The notes under the pieces were generated by a model. That model was not told the DNA's origin. It saw nothing but the letters and a program-made list of their open reading frames with translations, and made no database searches. A stretch of DNA of 64,000 nt from Actinomycetota bacterium. Its GTDB lineage: Bacteria; Actinomycetota; CADDZG01; JAHWKV01; JBOGWP01. This document shows positions 39,868 through 48,449 of this stretch, one piece after another. The stretch lies in assembly GCA_050693875.1 (NCBI GenBank), contig JBOGWP010000159.1:6003-70002 (forward strand), read 5' to 3'. Position 1 is the stretch's first letter. Each line of letters begins with the position of its first letter. Made by a program: the position numbers and the translations under genes.

Positions 39868-42078
39868 TCACGTTCCTGCGGCGGTCATCGTCACGATGGG
39901 CTGGTTGAGCTTGATCCCACCGGTCGATCCAAGGAAGGGGGCGTTGAAGGCGAAGATCCCGCCGTCCGAGGCCACCAGCCAGTATCCATCAGTCGAGGGG
40001 ACACCCAGCTCCGCACCGACACCCCGGCCCGACGGGACGGCGGCCATGTCCACGATCGGACGGTTGAGCTTGATCCCACCGGTCGACCCGTGGAATTCGG
40101 CATCTCCGAAGGCGAAGATCCCGCCGTCCGAGGCGCACAGCAGGTACCCGTTGCCGCTTCGGGACCGTGCCATTCCCACGATGGACTGGTTGAGCCTCAT
40201 CCCACCGGTCGAGCCGTGGAAGGCGGCGTCTCCGAACGCGAACATCCCGCCGTCCGCCGCGGCGAGCCAGTAGCCGTCACCCGAGGGCGTGGATGCCATC
40301 GCCACGATGGGCTGGTTGAGCTTCATCCCACCGGTCGAGCCATGGAAGGCGGCGTCTCCGAACGCGAACATCCCGCCGTCGGCCGCGGCGAGCCAGTAGC
40401 CGTTGCCAGAGGGAGTCCGCGCCATTCCCACGATGGGCTGGTTGAGATGGATCCCGCCGGTGGAGCCGTGGAAGCCGGCATCCCCGAACGCGAACATCCC
40501 GCCGTCGGCCGCGGCGAGCCAATACCCCCTTCCGGAGCGTGTGGCCGCCATGGCCACGATCGGCTGGTTGAGCCGGATCCCGCCGGTGGAACCCTGGAAG
40601 GCCACGTCGCAGAAGGCGAAGATGCCTCCGTCCGAGGCGGCCAGCCAATACCCACCCTGCCCGTGCACGGGACAGGGGTCGGAGGTGAGCGACGACTCGG
40701 TCCACGAGCCGGTACGGCGGGCGTCGCGGCGGAACATCGGCCAGCCGAGGTTGCCCAGATTCCCGCCGTCGAGCTCGAAGCGGTAGGCGACGCCTTTGCC
40801 GCCCTTCGTGCCGGCGAGCAGCACGTCGAGCCTCCCGTCGCCGTCGACGTCGGTCACGAGTGGCGAGTTCTGGAAGCCGACCTGGCCCTCGAGGAGCGCG
40901 AACATCTGGGCTCCCGTGTCTCCGTCGAACGCCCAGACCCCCGCTCCGCTCGGCACGAGCAGATCCTGGCCCCCGTCGCCGTCGATGTCGGCAGTGGTGA
41001 TCGAGCCGAGCACCACACCACCTCCGGAGCTGTGGTGCCACAGCTCGCGTCCGTCGCCCTTCCACACCCAGACCTGCCCGGGGTTGGCTCCCGACCAGGT
41101 GCCCTCGATGACCTCGAGCCGGCTGTCGCCGTCGACGTCGGCCAGGGTCGGAGATGCCTTCGTGTAGGCCCCGGTCTCCCGCGACCACTTCAGCTGCCCG
41201 GAGCTGCTGAGGACGAAGAGCCTCGTCGAGTCGGAGCGCTTGTAGAAGTCACCCGTTCCGAAGACGACCTCCGGACTGCCGTCCCCATCGATGTCGCCGA
41301 CCGCGGGTGAGCCCTGCACGATCTCGTTCGTCCGGAACTCCCACAGCACCTGACCGCCGCCCGTCATCGCTCGGACGAACCCGCCCGACCAGTCCACCGG
41401 CGGGCCGGACATGGAATCGGCCCCGATGATGAAGTCGGTGCGCCCGTCGCCGTTGACGTCGGTGAGGGCGGCGGAGGAGAAGACCGTGTCGTCGGAGTAG
41501 AAGGGGAACCCGGCGTTGGTCACCCCACTTTGCGAGATCGACCAGATGCTCTGCAGCCCCAGAGAGCCAAAGGTCGCGTCGGCCTGCCCGTCGCCGTTCA
41601 CGTCGCCGAGCGCAGGCGTCGAGTAGATGGAGGGATTGGCGAAGTCGTTGTCGCGGGCGACGAACCGGAACCGCTGCCCCCCGTCGTGGTCGAACGAGTA
41701 GAGGGCACCGCCCGTCGTCTCCGCCGTCCCGCTGCCGATGAAGATTTCCGGCCGGCCGTCACCGTCGGTGTCGGCGGTGGAGGGTGAGGAGGAGATCCCG
41801 TTGGAGGTTCCGCGGGGCCAGCCTCCGACATCGGATCCATCGCCGGCGTGCAGGGCCCAAACCTGGCCGTCTCGGGCCCCGAACACCACGTCCGGGCCGC
41901 CTCCGTCGAGGTCGGCAATCACGGGCGACGACTCCTGAACCGGCCCCCCCAGGGTGCGCTCCCAGACGAGGCGGGGCGCGGCCTCCGCTGGGCCCGCGAG
42001 CGGAACGACGGCGGCGGAGACGAGCAGGGCGACCGACAGCACGCGCCCGAGTCGGCGCGCCGCAGGCGTCGAATTCAT
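39868..42078 (-). CDS. secreted FG-GAP/integrin-alpha-like beta-propeller protein with six C-terminal GYW/DGGVF repeats
   Basis: Signal peptide. Seven DxDGDGxxD FG-GAP calcium-binding blades (for example DLDGGGPDVVFG, TDGDGRPEIFIG, VNGDGRTDFIIG), then the repeat module. Confidence 0.8.
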   Translation of the reverse strand: MNSTPAARRLGRVLSVALLVSAAVVPLAGPAEAAPRLVWERTLGGPVQESSPVIADLDGGGPDVVFGARDGQVWALHAGDGSDVGGWPRGTSNGISSSPSTADTDGDGRPEIFIGSGTAETTGGALYSFDHDGGQRFRFVARDNDFANPSIYSTPALGDVNGDGQADATFGSLGLQSIWSISQSGVTNAGFPFYSDDTVFSSAALTDVNGDGRTDFIIGADSMSGPPVDWSGGFVRAMTGGGQVLWEFRTNEIVQGSPAVGDIDGDGSPEVVFGTGDFYKRSDSTRLFVLSSSGQLKWSRETGAYTKASPTLADVDGDSRLEVIEGTWSGANPGQVWVWKGDGRELWHHSSGGGVVLGSITTADIDGDGGQDLLVPSGAGVWAFDGDTGAQMFALLEGQVGFQNSPLVTDVDGDGRLDVLLAGTKGGKGVAYRFELDGGNLGNLGWPMFRRDARRTGSWTESSLTSDPCPVHGQGGYWLAASDGGIFAFCDVAFQGSTGGIRLNQPIVAMAATRSGRGYWLAAADGGMFAFGDAGFHGSTGGIHLNQPIVGMARTPSGNGYWLAAADGGMFAFGDAAFHGSTGGMKLNQPIVAMASTPSGDGYWLAAADGGMFAFGDAAFHGSTGGMRLNQSIVGMARSRSGNGYLLCASDGGIFAFGDAEFHGSTGGIKLNRPIVDMAAVPSGRGVGAELGVPSTDGYWLVASDGGIFAFNAPFLGSTGGIKLNQPIVTMTAAGT

Positions 42079-42288
42079 CAGGATCCTTTCGGCGAGGGCT
42101 TACCAGGGGAGAATCGGATGGCGGACAGGGTACTTTAGCGGGCCGGTTTGAGTCATTAGTCAGGAAAGCGTACCCAAGGTCCTCGTCTGGGATAACATCC
42201 CCGCACCGCACTTGAAGGCTCAGGTGCCGTTCCTCATCGCTCGCCAGGGGCCGGAGCGTGCGCCGAGCCGGGGCAGGGCGCAGGGAGG

Positions 42289-43215
42289 TTGGGGACGACG
42301 GGGGACGAGACCGGGCGGCTGCAGGCCGGGCCGAGGAGGCGGCTCCTCGAGCGGCCTCCGTTCAGCCTCCTCCGCGACCTCTCTCTCCGCGGCTACATCA
42401 TCGGCGCCTATCGCAATCTCCTCTTGCGGGATCCGGATCCTGCGGGGCTGGACCACTACCGCCGGCTGCTGACCTCGGGTGAGCTGACCCGGGAGGCCTT
42501 CCTCGAGACCATTCGGGGCTCGGAGGAGTTCCGCTTCCGCGTCCGGTTCACGGACCTCCTCAACTCCCTGCATCTGAGCCGGTGCGATTTCGTCCGCGGC
42601 CTTCCCCGGGCGCGTCAGATCCTCGACATCGGGGGGACCCACCAGTCCAACGTCGAGGGGGCCTTTGTCGGGCTGGGCTACCCCTACCCCTTCGAGCGCC
42701 TCGTCATCGTCGACCTGCCGCTCGAGGCCCGCCACGAGCTCTACGCCGGAAGCCGGGCGGTCGATCGGGTGGACACTCCACTCGGGCCGGTCTGGTACCG
42801 CTATCACTCCATGACCGACCTCTCTGCATTCGAGGATGGCGATTTCGACCTCGTGTATTGCGGCCAGACCATCGAGCACGTGGCCGAGGAGGACGCCGAC
42901 CTCACGCTCAAGGAGGTGTTCCGGGTGCTGCGGCCCGGCGGATGGCTGGGCCTCGACACCCCGAACGGCCGAGTCTGCCGGATGCAGCAGGACGAGCTCA
43001 TCAACCCGGACCACCGGGTGGAGTACACCCATCCACAGGTTGTCGCAAAGCTCGAGCGGGCCGGCTTTGAGATCCTCGAAGCGAAGGGGTTGAACTACGC
43101 CGGGGCAGCGGCGCACGGGGGGCCGTTCTCGACGAAGGAGGTCGCCGCCAACCAGGGGGTCTACTGGGAGATCGAGGATTGCTACCTGCTTGCCTACGTC
43201 TGCCGCAGGCCATGA
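42289..43215 (+). CDS. DUF4214 domain + class I SAM-dependent methyltransferase
   Basis: N-terminal DUF4214-type motif (IIGAYRNLLLRDPDPAGLDHYRRLLTSGELTREAFLETIRGSEEF). Methyltransferase motif I ILDIGG and LVYCGQTIEHV. Confidence 0.7.
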   Translation: MGTTGDETGRLQAGPRRRLLERPPFSLLRDLSLRGYIIGAYRNLLLRDPDPAGLDHYRRLLTSGELTREAFLETIRGSEEFRFRVRFTDLLNSLHLSRCDFVRGLPRARQILDIGGTHQSNVEGAFVGLGYPYPFERLVIVDLPLEARHELYAGSRAVDRVDTPLGPVWYRYHSMTDLSAFEDGDFDLVYCGQTIEHVAEEDADLTLKEVFRVLRPGGWLGLDTPNGRVCRMQQDELINPDHRVEYTHPQVVAKLERAGFEILEAKGLNYAGAAAHGGPFSTKEVAANQGVYWEIEDCYLLAYVCRRP

Positions 43216-43282
43216 GGCGGCCCCCGGCATACGGGGGCCGTGGCTGCGCAGGGGGCGGCGGTCGAGCGCCGTATGAGGCGCG

Positions 43283-44111
43283 TCACTCGTGCTTCATCAC
43301 GAGCAGGAATTCGAGCTCGCCGTGGTCCTCGGTCGTCACCGGGCCGAAGCTGGGGTTGGGGATGTTCCAGCCCACCCAGGCAATCGGGATCGAGCCAGTT
43401 AACTGAATCGTCGAGCCGTCGCGGCGTCCGGTGAGTTTGACCGTCACGCTCTTCGCAACGCCGTGCAGCGTCAGGCTGTCCCTGGCCTTCACGGTCCCTT
43501 CGACCCCGTCCTGGGGGACCGCGTCAACCAGGATCGGCTCGGTCAACCTGAAGGTGGCAGTGGGATAGGTGGCCGTGTTCATGATGCGGCCGTGGAACTG
43601 CCGATCCCGGCGCTCCTGGTCGCTCGAGACCGAGGTGAGGTCGGCGGTGAGCTCCCCTCCTCGATGGTCGTCCCGGTCACCTTGATCGTTCCGGTTACCT
43701 CACCGGTCCGGCCCACCGCCTCGTTGTCCTGCCCGAACAACACCTCCTTCACCCGGTAGCCGACCCGTCGACGACGCTCCAGATGAGGTCGGTCGCGGTG
43801 CTCGAGCCGGATGTCGAGTCGCTCGCGGTTGCGGCCGTGGAGTCCGCATCCGGGATCGTGAGGCGCTCCTCCGGAGGTCCTTCGATGAGGTGGACGTAGA
43901 CGTAGGACCCACCGACCGCCACGACGACCGCGGCGAGGACGATTGTTGAGCCGATCAAACAACTTCGTTCGCACCAGCCGCCTCCCTCGTTCGATTTGGT
44001 TCCATGGTCGGGCTCGCACCTGGGAGGCCCCCTGTGAGAAGGCCGAAGCCTTCCTGGGCGTATGCGAACGTTCCCGAGAGGCGGCGGCTCGGACCTGGAG
44101 TGCGATGGCAA
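43283..44111 (-). pseudogene. YceI-like protein gene interrupted by two 1-nt frameshifts
   Basis: Three consecutive frames carry YceI-like segments (TM + TATDLIWSVVDGSATG; YRVKEVLFGQDNEAVGRTGEVTGTIKVTGTTIEEG; GELTADLTSVSSDQERRDRQFHGRIMNTATYPTATF...). The second shift maps to a G4 run. Confidence 0.5.
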
Positions 44112-44129
44112 ACGTCGCCGAGTAGCGGG

Positions 44130-44690
44130 CGCCCTCCTTCGCGGCGTCGAGGGTGAGCTTGTCGCCGCCGTTGCGAAAGATTCCGTCGCCGTTGTTGCGG
44201 AGTGTCCGCGGGCCCTTCGCCGCGTAGGGCGCCCCAGCGTGGACCAGGTCGGTCAAGGCGTCGTCGAAGTAGAGCTGGGAGGTGACGTCGAACGTGCGCC
44301 CCGAGTCGGTCAGACGGATCTTGAAATGGATGTGCAGTGCCCGGCCCTGGTACCAGCCCGGGCAGACGGTGGTGAACCAGGTCGCCCCACCTGCATGGTG
44401 GTCTGGTAGCCCCGCAGGAATTTCTTGCCGGTCGTGACGAAGCCGGGATCGCGAGCGTCCGAGTACACCCCGGCGGCGTCGCAATGCCACACGTCGACCG
44501 TGGCGCCGGCCAGTGGACCGCACAACGCAGGCGGGGGTCCGCCTGCGGCCGTCCCCGTCGGCTCGGCGGAGGGGCAGCCGGTGACCGGTGACGAACCGGT
44601 TGTGGGCTCGCCGGGGAGAACCGGTCTGCGGGGACGAAGCCGGGGTGAGGACGGAGCGCCGCGGGGCCCCCTTGCCGCGTCGTGCACCCG
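44130..44690 (-). pseudogene. intradiol-dioxygenase-like gene with at least one frameshift
   Basis: ATVDVWHCDAAGVYSD...FLRGYQTT in one frame and GGATWFTTVCPGWYQGRALHIHFKI (the HIHF motif) in another. The junction is near 44345. Confidence 0.4.
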
Positions 44691-44816
44691 GCCGAGACGG
44701 CTGCCTCGAGCAGCGACAGGACCTCGCGACGATCGAGGATGCGGCCGACCTGCTCGTCGTTGCCGCTGATGCTCCCCCCTGACGCGTCGTCGACGGCGGG
44801 AGGATCCCCATCCTGC

Positions 44817-45209
44817 CTAGTCGAGGCCGGGTGGTGCGGTGCGGCTGATCACCACGACGCCGAGCACGATCACCGCCACGCCGAGCCAGCGAAGGCTGGT
44901 CACGTGCTCGTGGAGGACCAACTGGGCGAAGCCCGTCGTCACCACATAGGTGATGCCGGCGAAGGGGTAGGCGAAGCTGATCGGCGCGCGCGACAGCACC
45001 ACCAGCCAGAGCGCCGCCGAGATCACGAAGATGGCAAGTCCAGCGAGGATCTGGGGCGTCGTCGCGATGTTCAGGGCCAGGCGGACGGGCTTCTTGAGCT
45101 GCGGGCCACCGATGTACCCGACCTGCTCCATGCCGGCCCGGAGCAGGATCTGGCCGGCGGTGGAGAGGATGACGGCGAAGACGGCAAGCGCGGACGTCTT
45201 GAGCAGCAT
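44817..45209 (-). CDS. small 4-TM DMT/SMR-family membrane protein (ArnE/ArnF/GtrA-like undecaprenyl-phosphate-sugar flippase candidate)
   Basis: About 130 aa from MLLKTSALAVF with four predicted TM helices, EamA-like. Confidence 0.55.
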   Translation of the reverse strand: MLLKTSALAVFAVILSTAGQILLRAGMEQVGYIGGPQLKKPVRLALNIATTPQILAGLAIFVISAALWLVVLSRAPISFAYPFAGITYVVTTGFAQLVLHEHVTSLRWLGVAVIVLGVVVISRTAPPGLD

Positions 45210-45295
45210 CCTCGTACCTCCAGCGGTCGATCCCCGCTCGCGGGGAAGAGTCGGGGGAACGATACACGACCCGCCGGAGCGCAAGGCAGCGCTTC

Positions 45296-45893
45296 TCAGC
45301 GTCGGGACGAAGCGAGGTGGGGGAGCGAATCACTCCCGCGCCCGGTGAAGATGTGGTCGACAATCCGGTAGGCCCGGGCCTCCTCCGCCGACAGGATGAA
45401 GTCACGCTCGGTATCGCGGCTGATCCGCTCCACGGGCTGTCCGGTGTGGCGGGCGAAGATCGCGTCGATCAGCGCTCGCTGCCGAAGGATCTCGCGGGCG
45501 TGAATCTCGATGTCGATGTCCCGCCCGCCGACCTCGCCCTTCGGCTGGTGGAGGAGCACCGTCGAATGCGGCAGCGCGTGCCGCTTTCCGGCGGCGCCGG
45601 CTGCCAAGATTACTGCGGCGGCCGAGGCAGCCCGTCCGAGGCAGTAGGTGGCGACGTCGGGGCGGATGCACCGCATCGCGTCGTAGACGGCGAGGAGGGC
45701 AGGGGCGGAGCCTCCGGGGGAGTTCACGTAGAGGTGGAGGTCCAGGTCGGGTCCCTCCGACTCGAGGAAGAGGAGCTGGGCGACGACGAGCCCGGCCACG
45801 GCATCGTCTGCCGAGCCGAGGAAGACGATGCGCTCCCCCAGCAGGCGGGAGTAGATTTCGAGACCGCTCGTCGTTGCCGATCTCCTCGGCCAC
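45296..45893 (-). CDS. clpP: ATP-dependent Clp protease proteolytic subunit
   Basis: [14 protein letters not shown]...[12 protein letters not shown]...YVNSPGGS and the catalytic region are present. The true start is unclear: there is no ATG/GTG/TTG in frame before IYSRLL, and a GTG (MAEEIGNDE) lies in the +1 frame, so an indel is likely. Confidence 0.75.
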
Positions 45894-46062
45894 GATCGGG
45901 AGGACCGGGGGCGGAGGAGGCTGGACCGGTGGCCGCGGGGGCTCCGGAGCGGGCGGCTCGGCGCCCGCCGGTGCGGGGGGCGGCTCCGCCTCCCGCCGGC
46001 CTTCAGGTCCTCGTGCATTCCGTCGTCCTATCTGCCCACCTGTCGCCGGCCGCTGCGCTATA

Positions 46063-46127
46063 GTGCAACCGAGCGGTTGCGCAAGTCTCGCGCAGGCGAG
46101 AGCGACTGTGCAACTGTAGGGTTGCGG
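46063..46127. promoter_or_regulatory. paired inverted-repeat operator candidates upstream of the SRPBCC-arsR operon
   Basis: GTGCAACCGAGCGGTTGCGC (46063-46082) and GTGCAACTGTAGGGTTGCGG (46108-46127) share TGCAAC-N6-GTTGCG dyad symmetry. TATAGT immediately precedes the first copy. Confidence 0.45.
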
Positions 46128-46138
46128 GAGGAGAGAGC

Positions 46139-46567
46139 GTGAACCGGGTCGAGCGGGTCGAAGTGCTGCCGGCGCCGCCGGAGACGGTATGGCCGACGAT
46201 CACCGAGCCGGCCGAGCTGTCGCAGTGGTTCGAGGCAGAGGTGCTCGAGCTCGGGCTCCGGCCTGGGGGCCGGATCGTGATGCGCGAGTCGGGAGCGATT
46301 CGGCGCGCCCGCGTCCTCGAGATCGAGCGGCCGGTGCGGCTGCTGTTCCGCTGGCTGCTCTTTCAGGTCGCCGAGGAGGGTGACGTGGAGCCGGTGCCGG
46401 GAACGACCGTCGAGGTCGTGCTCGAAGAGGTTCCGGAGGGGACGCGCATCCAGGTGAGCGAATGGGGGCCGACGGCCGAGGCACCCGCCGGGGCCGGCCC
46501 CATCTTCACGCTCGAGGCCCCACCCGAACCCCGTGGGGCGCCTCCGCGGATCATGCTCTGGCGATGA
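46139..46567 (+). CDS. SRPBCC-superfamily (AHSA1/polyketide-cyclase-like) protein
   Basis: Conserved N-terminal pattern VERVEVLPAPPETVWPTITEPAELSQWF. GTG start. Translationally coupled to arsR (ATGA). Confidence 0.65.
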   Translation: MNRVERVEVLPAPPETVWPTITEPAELSQWFEAEVLELGLRPGGRIVMRESGAIRRARVLEIERPVRLLFRWLLFQVAEEGDVEPVPGTTVEVVLEEVPEGTRIQVSEWGPTAEAPAGAGPIFTLEAPPEPRGAPPRIMLWR

Positions 46568-46890
46568 CCGGGCGCGACCGGACCGCGGCAGTCTTCTCCG
46601 CCCTCGCAGACCCCACCCGGCGCGAGGTGGTGCTGCTCCTCTCCAAGCACGGTTCGATGACCGCGACCGAGCTGTCCGGCCGCCTGCCGGTGACCCGTCA
46701 GGCGGTGGCCAAGCACCTCAACGCGCTCGAGACCGCCGGGCTGGTGCGCGGAGAGCGTGTCGGGCGGGAGAACCGCTACCGGTTGACGCCGGGTCCCATG
46801 AACCAGGCGGCCGGCTGGATGGGCTCCGTGGTCGCGCAATGGGACCGGCGCCTCGGCCGTCTCCGCCGAAAGCTGGAGCATCAAGGGTAG
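46564..46890 (+). CDS. ArsR/SmtB-family transcriptional regulator
   Basis: ALADPTRREVVLLLSKHGSMTATELSGRLPVTRQAVAKHLNALETAGLV forms a winged HTH. Confidence 0.8.
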   Translation: MTGRDRTAAVFSALADPTRREVVLLLSKHGSMTATELSGRLPVTRQAVAKHLNALETAGLVRGERVGRENRYRLTPGPMNQAAGWMGSVVAQWDRRLGRLRRKLEHQG

Positions 46891-46970
46891 GGTGAGCAGC
46901 CGGTGGGGCGGATCGTCACCATCGGGCGCGGCGCGCTGGCCTTCGTCCCTCGTGCCGTTAGCATGCTGGC

Positions 46971-48449
46971 GTGATGGGCTTCGGGAACGCCGAGGGAACC
47001 GGCTGCCGGATCGGGGTCTGGGGGACCTTCGATCTGGAGGATCACTCGGACGCGGTGCTACCCAGAATCGTGCGCAACGAGCTGGGACGGCGCCTTCCCA
47101 ACGCTCGCATTCGCACCTTCGCCCCGTTCGGGGAGCTGCATCCGAGCACCTTCGACGCGGGGGTCCCGCCCGAGCCCCTCGGCCGCTGGGAGCCCGAGCG
47201 GCTCGCCCAGCTGGCCACGGAGCTCGACCTCGTGATCGTCGGGGCGGGCTGCACCCTCCCTCTCCACGACGAGCGGCTGGCCGCGCCCTACCGGGAGGAG
47301 CCGGGACGCATCGCCGCGTGGTCGCCGGCGAGGTTCCTCGTCGACGGGCTCGGTGCCGACCTCGAGCGTGAGACGGCGGTCATCTGGAGCGCGGCAGGCT
47401 TCGACGACGCCGAGGCCGGCGACGCCGAGCGGCTGCGAGCCGCGGTGGCCGGCCGCGCGGCCGTCAGCGTGCGAGGCGAGGCGGCACGCCGTGTTCTCGA
47501 AGAGGCGGGCGTCATCCGAGAGATCGAGGTGGTTCCCTGGCCGGGGCTGCTCGCCTCGCGGCTCATCCCTCCAGACACCATGAAGATGCGGCTCGAGTAC
47601 CTACGGTACATGGACTGGTTCCCGCCGGAGGGGCCCGTCCTGGTCGTCCAGGCGGACCGGACGGCGGATGCGGATCCAGCGGACCTCGCCGCGGCCGTCG
47701 AGCAGGTGCTCGAGGGGCATCCCGGACTCCGACCGGTCCTCGTGCGCTCGGGGCGCTGCTACGGCGACGACGACGTTGCCCGCGCGATCGCCGCCGCGCT
47801 GCCCGCGACCACTCATCACCTGCCCGAGGCCGCGGACGCGGGCGATGTGATCGCCGCCGTCGCGGCGGCGGAGGCCGTCGTGGCTTCGTCGCCATTCGTC
47901 GCCGGCGCCGCGCTCGCTTACGACCGTCCGGTCGTGGGCCTTGCCTCCAAGACCCGCAGCGACCTCGCCGACCTGGCCTCGGTCGCCGGTTCGAGGCTTC
48001 AGGTTGTACGCGACCCGGCGGGCTTCGCCGCAGCACTCCGTGCCGCCCGCGCCGCTCCGTCTGCCCGCCGTGACCTCCTCGCCCGGCTCGACGCGCACTT
48101 CGATGCGCTTGCAGAGGCCGGCGAAAAGGCGGCCGCGTCGGCGGGTAGGGCCGGGGCGGCCCGGCCCACCGTCGGGATCGAGGACGTGGAATGGAGACTC
48201 GAGCGGCTGAGCCGTGCCTACGAGGTGCTCGCCGGGCGGGTCGGCCGCGACCGCCTCGCCTTCGCCGAGCGCCTCCATCCCCTCCAGGCGGAGCTGAACC
48301 ATCTCCGTCGCGAAGTGCGGTGGATGCGGAAGGCGCTCGACGAGGCCGCGCAGGCGCATGAAGAGCTGCACGCGCTGCGCAGCACCAAGACGTTTCGGTA
48401 CACCGCGATGCTTCGTGACCTCTACTCGTGGCTGAGAAGGCGCCGGTAG
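46971..48449 (+). CDS. polysaccharide pyruvyl-transferase-like protein with a C-terminal coiled coil
   Basis: N-terminal IGVWGTFDLEDHSDAVLPRIVRNEL and DLVIVGAGCTL resemble the PS_pyruv_trans N-terminus. The Ala/Arg/Glu-rich C-terminus is predicted helical. Confidence 0.45.
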   Translation: MMGFGNAEGTGCRIGVWGTFDLEDHSDAVLPRIVRNELGRRLPNARIRTFAPFGELHPSTFDAGVPPEPLGRWEPERLAQLATELDLVIVGAGCTLPLHDERLAAPYREEPGRIAAWSPARFLVDGLGADLERETAVIWSAAGFDDAEAGDAERLRAAVAGRAAVSVRGEAARRVLEEAGVIREIEVVPWPGLLASRLIPPDTMKMRLEYLRYMDWFPPEGPVLVVQADRTADADPADLAAAVEQVLEGHPGLRPVLVRSGRCYGDDDVARAIAAALPATTHHLPEAADAGDVIAAVAAAEAVVASSPFVAGAALAYDRPVVGLASKTRSDLADLASVAGSRLQVVRDPAGFAAALRAARAAPSARRDLLARLDAHFDALAEAGEKAAASAGRAGAARPTVGIEDVEWRLERLSRAYEVLAGRVGRDRLAFAERLHPLQAELNHLRREVRWMRKALDEAAQAHEELHALRSTKTFRYTAMLRDLYSWLRRRR

